Below are positions 30,538 through 41,382 of a stretch of DNA of 64,000 bases, one piece after another. Source of the stretch: Polyangiaceae bacterium (lineage in GTDB: Bacteria > Myxococcota_A > Polyangia > Polyangiales > Polyangiaceae); assembly GCA_035063585.1 (NCBI GenBank), contig JAPSGB010000012.1, forward strand, positions 77,235-141,234, given 5' to 3'. Under the pieces are notes generated by a model. The model did not search any database, had not been told where the DNA came from, and saw nothing but the letters and a program-made list of their open reading frames with translations. A program made the position numbers and the translations under genes. The number at the start of each line of letters is the position of its first letter. Position 1 is the first letter of the stretch.

Positions 30538-31977
30538 GTGACGGTCGATTACGAGGCGGTCATCGGGCTCGAGGTCCACGCCCAACTGCTGACTCGGACC
30601 AAGCTCTTCTGCGCCTGCAGCACCAGCTTCGGTGAGGCGCCCAACACGAACGTGTGCCCGGTGTGCCTCGGTCTGCCGGGCGCGCTCCCGGTCGTGAATC
30701 GACGCGCGGTCGAGTACGCGGTGCGCGCCGCGCTCGCGGTCGGCTGCCAGGTGCACGAGTCGAGCGTGTTCGCCCGGAAGCATTACTTTTATCCGGACCT
30801 TCCCAAGGGTTACCAGATCAGCCAGTACGACCGCCCGCTCGCTACGCGAGGGGCGCTCGAGCTCGAGGTGGAGGGCCGGAGCCTCCGCGCTGGGATCACC
30901 CGTATCCACATGGAAGAGGACGCGGGCAAGAACGTCCATGGCGTCGGAGGGGACTCCCTCGTGGACCTGAACCGAGCCGGGACACCGCTCATCGAGATCG
31001 TGGGCGAGCCGGATCTGCGCGCGCCAGCGGAGGCGGCCGCATACCTGCGCGCGTTGCGCGACGTGCTCACCTTCATCGGGGTGAACGACGGAAATCTGGA
31101 AGAGGGGAGCTTCCGCTGCGACGCCAACGTATCCATCCGCCCGCGGGGGCAAGCGGGGTTCGGCACGCGGGTCGAGCTGAAGAACCTGAACTCCTTTCGC
31201 TTCGTGGAGCGGGCGCTCGAGGCCGAGATCGCCCGGCAGACGGTGCTGCTCGACGCGGGGCGCCCGGTCGAGCAAGAGACGCGCTCGTTCGAACCGGAGA
31301 GCATGACGACGCATCGCCTACGCTCGAAAGAGGAGGCGCACGACTACCGCTACTTTCCCGATCCGGATCTGCCGCCGCTCCGGCTCGACGCGGCGCTCGT
31401 CGAGGCCCAGCGCGCCGAGGTGGGCGAGCTCCCGGCCGCGGCGCGCGCGCGGCTCGCCTCGCGAGGGCTCTCGGCGCAGGCGGTCGCGACGTTGACCGCG
31501 CACCCCGCCACGCTCCGCTACTTCGACGAAGCGGCGAGGCTCGTCCCCGAGCCCGTCCGTGTCGCAAACTTCATGTTGACCGAGCTGCTCCGCGGCGCTC
31601 GCTTCCACGGCCTCGAGGCGAGCTTCCCGATTACGCCGGCGCAGCTCGCGGAGCTGGTCGCGCTGGTCGCAGACGGCGAGATCAGCGGAAAGCAAGCCAA
31701 GGAGGTCTATGCGGCCATCCAGCACGGCTCGCTGGCTCCCCGCGCGGTGGTCCGAGCGCGCGGGCTCCGCGTCATCGGTGACGCAGACGCGCTCGAGGCG
31801 CTCTGCCGGCGGCTGCTCGAGGCCGAGCCCGCGCTCGTCGCGAGCGTGCGTGGGGGCAAGCGAGGCGTGCTCGGGCACTTCGTCGGTAAAGTGATGAAGG
31901 AGACGGGCGGCTCCGCGGATCCCAAGCTGGTGAGCGAGCTCTTGACGCGCCTCATCGAGTCGGAGCCCGAGGCGTGA
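30538..31977 (+). CDS. gatB: Asp/Glu-tRNA amidotransferase subunit B
   Basis: [51 protein letters not shown]. Confidence 0.96.
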   Translation: MTVDYEAVIGLEVHAQLLTRTKLFCACSTSFGEAPNTNVCPVCLGLPGALPVVNRRAVEYAVRAALAVGCQVHESSVFARKHYFYPDLPKGYQISQYDRPLATRGALELEVEGRSLRAGITRIHMEEDAGKNVHGVGGDSLVDLNRAGTPLIEIVGEPDLRAPAEAAAYLRALRDVLTFIGVNDGNLEEGSFRCDANVSIRPRGQAGFGTRVELKNLNSFRFVERALEAEIARQTVLLDAGRPVEQETRSFEPESMTTHRLRSKEEAHDYRYFPDPDLPPLRLDAALVEAQRAEVGELPAAARARLASRGLSAQAVATLTAHPATLRYFDEAARLVPEPVRVANFMLTELLRGARFHGLEASFPITPAQLAELVALVADGEISGKQAKEVYAAIQHGSLAPRAVVRARGLRVIGDADALEALCRRLLEAEPALVASVRGGKRGVLGHFVGKVMKETGGSADPKLVSELLTRLIESEPEA

Positions 31978-32062
31978 ACGCGATGAGCGCGGACTCTGGG
32001 GGACGCGGTGGCCCGTCCGGCGCAGGATCGCGGGTGGCGTCGGCGTGCGTGGAGGTGGGCGG

Positions 32063-33133
32063 GTGAGCGCGCTCCCGCACCCGGCGCCGCTGAGCGGCGC
32101 GAGCTACTCCGCGGTCGAGCTCGCGCCGGCGGGGGACCGCGTGATCTTGCTCGATCAGCGGCGGCTCCCCGGCGAAGAGCGCTACCTCGAGCTCGCGGAG
32201 CCGAACGACGTCGCGCGTGCGGTGAGCGCGATGGTGGTGCGCGGCGCGCCGGCCATCGGCATCGCCGCGGCGTACGCCCTCGCGCTGGGCGCGCGCCGGA
32301 CCGGCATCACCCTGGAAGCGCTCGAGGAGCTCGGGCGCGAGCTCGCCCGCGCTCGGCCGACCGCGGTGAACCTCGCGTGGGCGGTCGAGCTCATGCTCGG
32401 GGTGGCGAGAGCGAGCCCGAACGACGAGCGGGCGGACCGACTCGCTCACCAGGCGCGCGCGATCCACCGCGCCGACGTCGCCGGGAATCGACGCCTGGGC
32501 GCGCTCGGGGCCGAGCGGGTCCAGGATGGCGCCACCGTGCTCACCCACTGCAACGCGGGCGCGCTCGCCACCGGCGGGTACGGGACCGCGCTCGGCGTGA
32601 TCCGAGCGGCGCGCGACGCGGGAAAGCGCCTGCGCGTGGTCGCCGACGAGACGCGGCCGTGGCTGCAGGGTGCGCGGCTCACCGCGTGGGAGCTGATGCG
32701 CGACGGGATCGAGGTGGAGCTGGTCGCCGACGCGGCGGCGGGCTCGCTCTTCGCCGGGGGGAGCATCGACCTCGTTGTGATTGGCGCCGATCGCATCGCG
32801 GCGAACGGCGACGTAGCGAACAAGATCGGCTCCTACTCGGTGGCGTGCCTGGCGCGGCTCCACGAGCGACCGTTCTACGTCGCGGCGCCATTCAGCACGG
32901 TAGACCTCGCCTGCGCGTCGGGCGCCGAGATCCCGATCGAAGAGCGGAGCCCCGAGGAGGTGACGCGGCTCGCCGGCGTCGATCTCGCGCCCGCGGGCGC
33001 GCGCGCGCGAAATCCGGCCTTCGACGTCACGCCGGCGCGGCTCGTCACGGCGATCTTCACCGAACGCGGCGTGGTCGAGCCGGTCGGGGCGGCCGGGCTC
33101 GCCGGGCTGGCGCGCGAGCTCAGCGAGGCCTAG
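32063..33133 (+). CDS. mtnA: S-methyl-5-thioribose-1-phosphate isomerase
   Basis: [59 protein letters not shown]. Confidence 0.95.
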   Translation: MSALPHPAPLSGASYSAVELAPAGDRVILLDQRRLPGEERYLELAEPNDVARAVSAMVVRGAPAIGIAAAYALALGARRTGITLEALEELGRELARARPTAVNLAWAVELMLGVARASPNDERADRLAHQARAIHRADVAGNRRLGALGAERVQDGATVLTHCNAGALATGGYGTALGVIRAARDAGKRLRVVADETRPWLQGARLTAWELMRDGIEVELVADAAAGSLFAGGSIDLVVIGADRIAANGDVANKIGSYSVACLARLHERPFYVAAPFSTVDLACASGAEIPIEERSPEEVTRLAGVDLAPAGARARNPAFDVTPARLVTAIFTERGVVEPVGAAGLAGLARELSEA

Positions 33134-33142
33134 AGTCGCGCC

Positions 33143-34177
33143 GTGTCCAAGGAAATCGTTCGCGAGCGAAAGCCATCGTGGCTCAAGGTGCGCGCGCCGG
33201 GAGGCGAGCGGTACACGAAGCTCAAGGAGACGCTCCGCGAGCTCGACCTCCACACCGTGTGCGAGGAGGCCCGCTGCCCGAACGTGGGGGAGTGCTGGGG
33301 CGCCGGCACCGCGACCGTGATGCTCCTCGGTGACACCTGCACGCGCGGCTGCCGATTCTGCGCCGTCACGACGGGGAACCCGCGGGGCGCGGTGGATCCG
33401 CGCGAGCCGGAGCACGTGGCTCGCGCCATCGCCAGGCTCGAGCTCACCTACGTGGTGCTCACCATGGTCGATCGCGACGATCTGCTCGACGGTGGCGCGA
33501 GCCACATGGGGCAGGCGGTCGCTGCGCTCCGCCGCCATCAGCCCGAGCTCCTGGTCGAGACGCTGGTCGGCGATTTCGGCGGTCGTCACCGGGATCTCGA
33601 CGTCATGGTCGACGCGGGGCCGGACGTCTTCGCGCACAACATCGAGGTGACTCGCCGGCTCACGCCGCTGATTCGTGATGCCCGCTGCAGCTACGATCGG
33701 TCGCTGGCGGTGCTCTCGTACGCCAAAGAGCGCGCCCCCGCGCGGCTCGTGAAGAGCTCGATCATGGTCGGCATCGGCGAGACGGACGACGAGGTCCTCG
33801 AGACGCTCGCGGATCTGCGCGCCGCCGGGGTGGACGTGGTCACGGTCGGCCAGTACCTGAGGCCGTCGCCGAAGCACGCGAGCGTGGCGCGTTACGTCGA
33901 GCCGGAGGTGTTCGCGCGCTTCGAGGCGGAGGCTCAGGCGCTCGGCTTTGCGTTCGTGTCCTCGGGTCCGCTCGTGCGCTCGAGCTATCACGCAGCCGAG
34001 GGCTTCATCGAGGCGAGGCTCCGGGGGGCGCGCCCGCTCCCGGCGGGCGTGGCGCACACCTCGCCGCCGCCGCTCGAGCCCGCGTCGCGGCCGCGAGCGC
34101 CGACTCCGGGCTCGGACCTGGTCCCCATCGAGGCGTTACTCCGTCGGCCCGGAAGCGCGACGGGCGAGCGGGCGTGA
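33143..34177 (+). CDS. lipA: lipoyl synthase
   Basis: KPSWLK, CEEARCPNVGEC, CTRGCRFC, GQYLRPS, RSSYHA. Confidence 0.96.
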   Translation: MSKEIVRERKPSWLKVRAPGGERYTKLKETLRELDLHTVCEEARCPNVGECWGAGTATVMLLGDTCTRGCRFCAVTTGNPRGAVDPREPEHVARAIARLELTYVVLTMVDRDDLLDGGASHMGQAVAALRRHQPELLVETLVGDFGGRHRDLDVMVDAGPDVFAHNIEVTRRLTPLIRDARCSYDRSLAVLSYAKERAPARLVKSSIMVGIGETDDEVLETLADLRAAGVDVVTVGQYLRPSPKHASVARYVEPEVFARFEAEAQALGFAFVSSGPLVRSSYHAAEGFIEARLRGARPLPAGVAHTSPPPLEPASRPRAPTPGSDLVPIEALLRRPGSATGERA

Positions 34178-34280
34178 CGCGCCTCCGCCGCGCGCTCGGA
34201 GCCGGGCCCGGCGGCGCGCTGGAGCGCTGACGGAGGAGCCGGGTTGCGCTAGGCTCCGGAGCGCCCGAGGAGCCTTGACC

Positions 34281-34850
34281 ATGACCGTCGCCGACGAGAG
34301 CCTACTGAACAAGGTCGCTGCCAAGCTCGGCGAGCCGCCGAGCTACGCGGAAGCGCGAGTGAGCGGATCGCTCCTGACCGCGGCTGCGGCGTCGTATGGC
34401 TCGCAGCCGCTCGGTGACGAAGTGACCCAGCCCACCGGGTTCGATCCGGCCGCCGCAGCGCTCTTCGAGGCGGTGGTCGAGAGCGCGTTCCTGGTCGCGC
34501 ACGCCGACGGCGAGTTCGACGACTCCGAGCAGCGCGCGTTCCGGCACGTCGTGCTCGCCGCCTGCGGGGATCGCGTGGCGGAGGCGCAGATGAGCGCGCT
34601 CCTGGCGGACCTCGGAGATCTTCTCGAGGAGGACGGGCTCGAGAAGCGCCTGTCGATGGTCGCACGCGCCATCGTCCGCCCCGAGCAGCAGCGCGAGGTG
34701 CTGCGGATGGCGGCGCTCATCGCGCATGTGTCGGGCGGCGTGAGCACCATCGAGCGCGGGGTGCTCGAGCGGTTGGCGCGCGAGTTCGGGCTCGACGAAG
34801 CGGCGACCGGCCAGGCGCTCATCGAAGCCGATCGCGCCTTGTCCGACTGA
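34281..34850 (+). CDS. TerB-like (tellurite resistance fold) protein
   Basis: LVAHADGEFDDSE and IAHVSGGVSTIERGVLERLA half-motifs; GAGGAG RBS. Confidence 0.7.
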   Translation: MTVADESLLNKVAAKLGEPPSYAEARVSGSLLTAAAASYGSQPLGDEVTQPTGFDPAAAALFEAVVESAFLVAHADGEFDDSEQRAFRHVVLAACGDRVAEAQMSALLADLGDLLEEDGLEKRLSMVARAIVRPEQQREVLRMAALIAHVSGGVSTIERGVLERLAREFGLDEAATGQALIEADRALSD

Positions 34851-35034
34851 GCCGTCGCGCCGCGTGGAACCGGCTCCGGACGCCACGGCGCGCGATGACG
34901 CGCTGCGCTCACGCGCGCATTCACGACGCGGCGCGTGATAGGTCGAAAATTGTGCTCGATGGGGTTACAGGAGGAAGGACGTTCGTCTACACTCCCGCGC
35001 GCGTCCGTCGCGAGGAGCCGGGCGCGCCAGCGAC

Positions 35035-36165
35035 ATGACCACGACAGCGGAAAATCCCAACGCAACGGCCTCCGGCGACGACGCGGTGCTGCAGGTCCTG
35101 AACCCGGACGGTTCGCTCGATCCCAAGCACGACCCCCGCCTCGAGCCCGCCGAGGTGCTCGCGCTCTACCGCCACATGGTGACGACCCGGATCGTGGACG
35201 AGCGGCTGGTGGCGCTGCAGCGCCAGGGCCGCATCGGCTTCCACATCGGGTCGCTCGGCGAGGAGGCATCCATCATCGGCTCTGCCTACGCCATGCGGCC
35301 GAAGGACTGGATCTTCCCCTGCTACCGCGAGTTCGGCGCGGCGCTCCTCCGCGGCATGCCGCTCCAGCGCTACCTGGACAACATGTTCGGCAACCGAAAC
35401 GACCCGGCCAAGGGGCGTCAGATGCCGGATCACTACACCTATCGCGCCGCCAACTGGGGGTCGGTGAGCTCACCGATCGGCACCCAGATGTCGCAGGCGA
35501 CGGGTTTTGCCTGGGCAGCGAAGCTGCGAAAAGAGGAATTGGCTGCGCTCGTTTACTTCGGAGAGGGTTCGACCAGCTCGAACGAGTTCCACGTCGCGAT
35601 GAACTTCGCCGGCGTCTTCAAGACGCCCGTGGTGTTCTTCTGCCGGAACAACGGCTGGGCGATCAGCGTGCCGGTCGAACGTCAGACGGCCTCGCGGACC
35701 TTCGCGGAGAAGGGAGTCGGGTACGGCGTGCCTGCGCTCCGCGTCGACGGCAACGACATCTTCGCGGTGATCGCGGCGACGCGGCGCGCGGTCGCCCACG
35801 CGGCTGCCGGCAAGGGCGCGACGCTCATCGAGTCGCTCTCGTACCGGATGGGCGGCCACTCGACCAGCGATGATCCGAACGCCTATCGTAGCAAGGACGC
35901 GCTCGAGCCCTGGTTCGGCCGCGATCCCATCGCGCGCCTCCGCCAGCACCTCGAGCGGGGCGGCGCATGGGACGACGCGCGCGAGGAGGCGCTCCGCTCG
36001 GAGATCGAGCAGCGCTTCCGTGACGCCGCCGAGGCCGCCGAGCACACGCCCCCGCCGCCGCTCGAGTCGATGTTCGAGGACGTCTACGAGAGCCCGCCGT
36101 GGCACCTCGCCGAGCAGCGCACGGAGTTGCTCACCGGGCCGCGCGCCCCCTCATCGCACCACTAG
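35035..36165 (+). CDS. 2-oxoacid dehydrogenase E1 alpha (branched-chain type likely)
   Basis: QRQGRIGF, FPCYRE, GRQMPDHY, FGEGSTS...NNGWAIS (ThDP), YRMGGHSTSDDP. Confidence 0.92.
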   Translation: MTTTAENPNATASGDDAVLQVLNPDGSLDPKHDPRLEPAEVLALYRHMVTTRIVDERLVALQRQGRIGFHIGSLGEEASIIGSAYAMRPKDWIFPCYREFGAALLRGMPLQRYLDNMFGNRNDPAKGRQMPDHYTYRAANWGSVSSPIGTQMSQATGFAWAAKLRKEELAALVYFGEGSTSSNEFHVAMNFAGVFKTPVVFFCRNNGWAISVPVERQTASRTFAEKGVGYGVPALRVDGNDIFAVIAATRRAVAHAAAGKGATLIESLSYRMGGHSTSDDPNAYRSKDALEPWFGRDPIARLRQHLERGGAWDDAREEALRSEIEQRFRDAAEAAEHTPPPPLESMFEDVYESPPWHLAEQRTELLTGPRAPSSHH

Positions 36166-36206
36166 TCGAACAACCGGATCCGGGTCTCTTCCCGCTGGAG
36201 TGATTC

Positions 36207-37181
36207 ATGCCCCAGATGAACATGGTTTCTGCCATCAACGACGCGCTCCGCACCGCCATGCGCCGCGACGATCGCATCGTGCTGATGGGTGAGGACGTCG
36301 GGAAGGTCGGCGGCGTCTTTCGCGTCACCGCTGGCCTCTTCGATGAGTTTGGCGACGACCGCGTGATCGACACGCCGCTCAGCGAGGGCGGTATCATCGG
36401 CACCGCGGTCGGGATGGCGATGTACGGGATGCTGCCGATCCCCGAGATCCAGTTCGCGGACTTCATCTGGCCCGCCTACGACCAAATCGTGAGCGAGCTC
36501 GCCAAGCTCCGCTATCGCTCGGGGGGTGAGTACCCGGCCAAGATGGTGATCCGCACCCCGGTCGGCGGTGGGATCCGCGGAGGGCACTACCACTCGCAGC
36601 ACCCCGAGGCGCAGTTCATCCACGTCGCGGGCTTGAAGGTCGTGTGCCCTTCGAACCCGCACGACGCCAAGGGCCTCTTGCTCGCCTCCATCGCCGATCC
36701 GGATCCGGTGCTGTTCTTCGAGCCGAAGCGGATCTATCGCGCGGCCAAGGGTGACGTGCCGGAGGGGGACTACACGGTGCCGCTCGGCAGCGCCGCGGTG
36801 GCCCGGGAGGGGAGCGCGGTCACCGTGCTGGCGTACGGCGCGATGCTGTACGAGGCGCTCGACGCGGCGGCGAAGGCCGCCGAACAGGGCGTGGAGTGCG
36901 AGGTCATCGATCTTCGCACGCTCTGGCCGGTGGATATCGAGACCATCCTCGCGAGCGTGCAGAAGACCGGGAGGTTGGTCGTCGTACACGAGGCTCCGCG
37001 GACCTGCGGGTTCGGCGCGGAGCTCGTGAGCCTGGTGGTCGAGAAGGTCTTTTATCACCTCGAAGCGCCGCCGCGGCGGGTCACGGGTTTCGATACGCCG
37101 TTCCCGTACAGCCTCGAGATGGAATACCTGCCGCTCTCCCACCGAATCCTTCCCGCGGTCATCGAGACCGCTCGCAGCTGA
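36207..37181 (+). CDS. 2-oxoacid dehydrogenase E1 beta
   Basis: GEDVG..GGVFR, DTPLSE, EIQFADF, GGHYHSQ, FFEPK, IDLRTLWP. Confidence 0.93.
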   Translation: MPQMNMVSAINDALRTAMRRDDRIVLMGEDVGKVGGVFRVTAGLFDEFGDDRVIDTPLSEGGIIGTAVGMAMYGMLPIPEIQFADFIWPAYDQIVSELAKLRYRSGGEYPAKMVIRTPVGGGIRGGHYHSQHPEAQFIHVAGLKVVCPSNPHDAKGLLLASIADPDPVLFFEPKRIYRAAKGDVPEGDYTVPLGSAAVAREGSAVTVLAYGAMLYEALDAAAKAAEQGVECEVIDLRTLWPVDIETILASVQKTGRLVVVHEAPRTCGFGAELVSLVVEKVFYHLEAPPRRVTGFDTPFPYSLEMEYLPLSHRILPAVIETARS

Positions 37182-37191
37182 GGAGCCACCG

Positions 37192-38544
37192 ATGGCGAAG
37201 TTCGAGTTCAAGCTGCCGGACATCGGCGAAGGAGTGACGGAAGGCGAGATCGTCGCGTGGCTCGTGAAGCCCGGCGACAAGGTCGCGCAGGATCAAGAGA
37301 TGGTGGAGGTGATGACGGACAAGGCGACCGTCACCATCGGCGCGCCACGGGCCGGAATCATCTCGGCGCTCGGCGCGAGCGCGGGCGATCTGGTGCCGGT
37401 CGGCCACGTCCTCGTGGTGTTCGACACCGAGGGTGGGGGAGCGGCGACCGGAGCGCCCGCCGCGGCCGCGACGCCGGCCGCGCCGGCCAAGAAGAACGAG
37501 CCCGCGGCGACCGCCGTGGGGGACATCAAGGAGACGCTCCCGGGGATGGGGCTCGCGACCCGCCCGAGCGAGAAGGCTGCCGCCGGAGCGCCGAGCGGAT
37601 ACCATGACGACAAACCGCTCGCGGCGCCCGCGACGCGCAAGCTCGCGCGCGAGCTCGGCGTGGACTTGAAGCGCGTGCCACCGAGCGGTGAGGCAGGGCG
37701 AGTCACGCGCGAAGACGTGGAGCGCTTCGCGAAGAGCGGAGCGGCGCCGGTCTCGGCCGGCCCGGCTCCGAGCGCGAGCCCGGCGGCGGCGGTGGCCCCC
37801 GCGCGCCCGCTGCCCCCGGCGGCTCCGGTCGCGCCGACCGCGACCGAGACGCGGGTGCCCATCAAGGGCGTTCGCCGCCGCATCTACGAGAACATGGCGC
37901 GCTCGAAGCACACGGCCGCGCACTTCACCTACGTCGACGAGTGCGACGTGACCGCGCTGAGGGAGCTGCGCGAGCGCACGCAGCGGTTCGCCGCCGAGGA
38001 GGGGCTCAAGCTCTCGTTCCTACCCTTCATCGTCAAGGCGGTGGTGGCGGCCCTGAAGAAGCACCCCGCGCTCAATTGCCTGGTCGATGACGCGAGCCAG
38101 GAGATGGTGCTCCGCCACGGCTATGACATCGGGATCGCCGCCGCCACCGAGGCCGGGCTCATGGTGCCGGTGGTTCGCGACGCCGACCGGCTCAGCGTCC
38201 TCGAGCTCGCGCGAGAAATTCAGCGGCTCGGCGAGGCGGCGAAGGACGGCCGCGTGCAGATGGGAGATCTCGGCGGATCGTCGTTCACCATCACCTCGCT
38301 CGGCAAGCTCGGCGGTCTCTTCGCGACCCCGATCGTCAACTACCCGGAGGTCGCCATCCTCGGAGTCCACGAGATGAAGCGAAAGCCGGTGGTACGGGGC
38401 GACGAGATCGTCATCGGCGAGGTGATGCTGCTGAGCCTCTCGTTCGACCACCGCATCATCGACGGGCACGTGGGAGCGGCGTTCGCGCAGGAGATCATCG
38501 GCCTGCTCGAGGAGCCGGACCGACTCCTGGTGTCGATGAGCTGA
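37192..38544 (+). CDS. dihydrolipoamide acyltransferase E2
   Basis: Single lipoyl domain (EVMTDKA), peripheral-subunit-binding APATRKLARELGVDL, catalytic DHRIIDG. Confidence 0.94.
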   Translation: MAKFEFKLPDIGEGVTEGEIVAWLVKPGDKVAQDQEMVEVMTDKATVTIGAPRAGIISALGASAGDLVPVGHVLVVFDTEGGGAATGAPAAAATPAAPAKKNEPAATAVGDIKETLPGMGLATRPSEKAAAGAPSGYHDDKPLAAPATRKLARELGVDLKRVPPSGEAGRVTREDVERFAKSGAAPVSAGPAPSASPAAAVAPARPLPPAAPVAPTATETRVPIKGVRRRIYENMARSKHTAAHFTYVDECDVTALRELRERTQRFAAEEGLKLSFLPFIVKAVVAALKKHPALNCLVDDASQEMVLRHGYDIGIAAATEAGLMVPVVRDADRLSVLELAREIQRLGEAAKDGRVQMGDLGGSSFTITSLGKLGGLFATPIVNYPEVAILGVHEMKRKPVVRGDEIVIGEVMLLSLSFDHRIIDGHVGAAFAQEIIGLLEEPDRLLVSMS

Positions 38545-38555
38545 CGCGCCCGGGT

Positions 38556-38587
38556 GCGCTCGCCGTTCGCACCAGAGCGGCGAGCGC
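38556..38587 (+). terminator. hairpin after E2 gene, possible terminator (no U tract)
   Basis: GCGCTCGCCGTTC-gcacca-GAGCGGCGAGCGC, a 13-bp stem with one G:U. Confidence 0.5.
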
Positions 38588-38711
38588 CTGAGTGACGCGT
38601 CGCGTTAGTGCGGTGGGTAGATTGCCTGCGCGCGGGCGATCTGGTTCACTTGGCGTCGAAAGTGTGTAGGAGTGGCGCTATTCTGAGGGGGTGCACGGAG
38701 ATGAGCTACTC

Positions 38712-39761
38712 ATGAGGCGATGGGTCGGTGCTTTCGCGCTCTCGGCGGCGCTCTCGTTCGCGGGCGTGAGCTCCGCGCAGGACGCGGCGCCAACCCCGGA
38801 GGACGTGAAGGCGGCCGGCGACGAGTTCGACCAGGCCCGCCGAGCGTTCACCGCGAAGGACTACGCGGAAGCCGCCGAGCACTTCGAGAACGCGGATCGG
38901 CACGTGCCGAGCGCACAGGTGCTGAAGCTCGCGATTCAAGCGCGTGACAAGGCCGACCAGCTCGATCGCGCGGCCACGCTGGCCTCGATGGTCGCGGTGC
39001 GCGGCTACAAGGAAGCGGACCTCGTGAAGCTCGCCGCGGCCATCATGAAGCGCGCGGGCGCGGAATACGGCAAGGTCACGGTGCGCTGTGACGTCGCCTG
39101 TGACGTGGTGGTTGGCCTGAAGCTCGTGCCCGGCCGGCCGGCGAAGGAGAAGTCGATCTTTCTCGCGCCGGGGAACTACACGATCCGCGCGGGCTGGTCC
39201 GGAGGGCGCGACGCGTCGGGGCAGGTCACCATCGCGAAGGGCGCCGCGGCCGAGCTCTCGTTCGAGCAGCCGCCCGAGGTGAAGCCCGAGGCGCCGGCTC
39301 CGGCGACGCCAGCGCCGCCGGCCACGCCTGGCCAACCACCCGGTGGCGGCGCGCATCGACCCGCGCCTCCCGTCGACCAAGGAGTCACCGTCGAGCCGAG
39401 CGGCTGGTCCCCCGTGGTCTTCTGGGTCGGAGTGGGCCTCACCGCGGTGGCCGGCGGGGTGACCGCGTGGAGCGGCATCGACACGCAGAAGAACCCGGGC
39501 GCCGACAACGTCCGCGCCGCGTGCTCGAGCGGGTCGCCCGACTGCCAATCGCTCTACCAGGACGGCCGGGATCGCCAGTCGCGCACCAACATCCTCGCGG
39601 GGACGACCGCCGGGCTCGGCGTGGTGACCATCCTCATCGGGGCGTTCGCCACCGATTGGAGCGGCGGGGAGGCGAGCGCGAAGCCGAAGTCCTCGGCCGC
39701 AATCGAGCCCTGGCTCGGGGTTGGCAGTGGCGCCACGGTGGGCGCCACGGGGAGGTTCTGA
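38712..39761 (+). CDS. exported TPR + PEGA-like protein with C-terminal hydrophobic hairpin
   Basis: Signal peptide ending SSAQ, TPR (FTAKDYAEAAEHFENA), beta domain (LAPGNYTIRA), Pro-rich linker, two hydrophobic helices, ends ATGRF. Confidence 0.8.
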   Translation: MRRWVGAFALSAALSFAGVSSAQDAAPTPEDVKAAGDEFDQARRAFTAKDYAEAAEHFENADRHVPSAQVLKLAIQARDKADQLDRAATLASMVAVRGYKEADLVKLAAAIMKRAGAEYGKVTVRCDVACDVVVGLKLVPGRPAKEKSIFLAPGNYTIRAGWSGGRDASGQVTIAKGAAAELSFEQPPEVKPEAPAPATPAPPATPGQPPGGGAHRPAPPVDQGVTVEPSGWSPVVFWVGVGLTAVAGGVTAWSGIDTQKNPGADNVRAACSSGSPDCQSLYQDGRDRQSRTNILAGTTAGLGVVTILIGAFATDWSGGEASAKPKSSAAIEPWLGVGSGATVGATGRF

Positions 39762-39767
39762 CCGGCC

Positions 39768-41315
39768 GTGGTCGCTGCAAGGTTGCTGGACGTCGGTGCC
39801 GAGGGGCGCCAGAGGGTCGATCGCTATGAGCTCATAGCGGAGATCGCCTCGGGCGGAATGGCCACCGTCTACCTCGCGCGTCTGCTCGGGGTCGGCGGGT
39901 TCCAGCGCTTCGTCGCGATCAAGCGGCTCCATCCACACCTCGCGGGAGAGAACGAGTTCGTCGAGATGTTCCTCGACGAGGCCCGCCTCGCCGCCGGCAT
40001 CCATCACCCGAACGTCGTGCCCATCCTCGAGGTCGGCGCGAGCGACCGCGGGTACTACCTGGTGATGGAGTACATCGAGGGCGACACGCTCGCGCGGCTG
40101 CTGGCGCGCGCCGCGACCTCCGGCTCGAAGCTGCCCGTGCCCATCGGCATACGCATCGTGATCGATCTCCTGGCGGGACTCCACGCGGCTCACGAGCTGC
40201 GCGACGACATGGGACAGCCGACCGGGCTGGTGCACCGCGACGTCTCGCCGCAGAACGTGCTGGTCGGTGCGGACGGGGTCTCGCGCATCACGGACTTCGG
40301 GGTGGCGCGCGCGCAGAGCCGCCTGAGCGCGACGCGGGTCGGTCAGCTCAAGGGCAAGATCGCGTACATGGCCCCCGAGCAGGCCACCGGGAAAGAAGAC
40401 ATCGACCGGCGCGCGGACATCTTCTCGGCGGGCATCGTGCTCTGGGAGGTGCTCGCGGCGCGGCGGCTCTTCAAGGCCGACAACGAGGCGGCGACGCTCT
40501 CGCGGGTCATCTCCGAGCCCATCCCGAAGCTCACCACGATCGCGAGCGACGTCTCGCCGCAGATCGCGGCCGTGTGCATGAAGGCACTCGAGCGCGACGT
40601 GAACAAGCGGTTCAAGTCGTGCGCGGAGTTCGCCGACGCCCTCGAGCGGGCGGCGACCGCCGCCGGAACCCTCGGCGCGCCGCGTGACGTGAAGGCGTAC
40701 GTCGCGGAGGTCATCGGCAACGAGATCGCGCAAGCGCGCGAGGCGGTGCGGGGCTGGCTGGCGCGGAGTGAGCCGAGCCAGGTCGTCATCCCCGAGACCG
40801 CGCCGCTCAGCGCGGCTGCGAGCTCGCTCGGCAGCGTCTCTTCCGCCGCCATGACCCTCCCCGAGGTGTCGCAGTCGGGCGTGTCGAGCCCGGCTCAGCC
40901 CGGGCTCGGCCCGGGCTCGATGGCCCCCGAGCGCCGCTCGAGGACCCCGATGATCCTGGGGGCGCTCATCGCGCTCGTCGGAGTCGGCGTCATCGCGGCG
41001 CTCATGCTCCGGGGAGGCGCGCCCGAGGAGCGCGCCCCGGCGGCTCACACGACCGCGAGCCCGTCGAGCGACGTCGTGACGGCGCCCGTACCGGAGCCCA
41101 CCGCGAGCGCGGCGCCGGCCGCGCCGAGCGCGGCGCCGGCCGAGGAGGCCGCCGACGCGGGCGCCGCGGGCGAGGTCCCATCCGTCCCCGAGCCCACCAC
41201 CGAGAAGCCCAACCCCCGGCCCTGGCGGACCGGTCCGCAGGCCGCGCCGAAGCCCACGGCCAAGCCGGACGCGCCGCCCAAACCGGACGTCGACCTCTCG
41301 AACCCGTACCGCTGA
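39768..41315 (+). CDS. membrane-anchored Hanks-type Ser/Thr protein kinase
   Basis: IASGGMATVY, VAIK, HRDVSPQN, DFG, YMAPE; TM ILGALIALVGVGVIAALML; Pro/Ala-rich tail ending DLSNPYR. Confidence 0.95.
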   Translation: MVAARLLDVGAEGRQRVDRYELIAEIASGGMATVYLARLLGVGGFQRFVAIKRLHPHLAGENEFVEMFLDEARLAAGIHHPNVVPILEVGASDRGYYLVMEYIEGDTLARLLARAATSGSKLPVPIGIRIVIDLLAGLHAAHELRDDMGQPTGLVHRDVSPQNVLVGADGVSRITDFGVARAQSRLSATRVGQLKGKIAYMAPEQATGKEDIDRRADIFSAGIVLWEVLAARRLFKADNEAATLSRVISEPIPKLTTIASDVSPQIAAVCMKALERDVNKRFKSCAEFADALERAATAAGTLGAPRDVKAYVAEVIGNEIAQAREAVRGWLARSEPSQVVIPETAPLSAAASSLGSVSSAAMTLPEVSQSGVSSPAQPGLGPGSMAPERRSRTPMILGALIALVGVGVIAALMLRGGAPEERAPAAHTTASPSSDVVTAPVPEPTASAAPAAPSAAPAEEAADAGAAGEVPSVPEPTTEKPNPRPWRTGPQAAPKPTAKPDAPPKPDVDLSNPYR

Positions 41316-41353
41316 GCGCGGGCGAGCGCGCCGCCGAGCGGCCTCGGCTGTCG

Positions 41354-41382
41354 TTGACACGCCGCCGGCCGACTGCTAGTTC
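41354..41382 (+). promoter_or_regulatory. possible sigma70-type promoter for the prs operon
   Basis: TTGACA (41354-41359), 17-nt spacer, weak TG-n-TAGTTC -10. Confidence 0.4.

Noticed and set aside
38619..38642. Imperfect palindrome AGATTGCCTGCGCGCGGGCGATCT upstream of the PEGA-kinase pair
   Set aside because: Single occurrence with mismatches; cannot distinguish operator, hairpin or chance.
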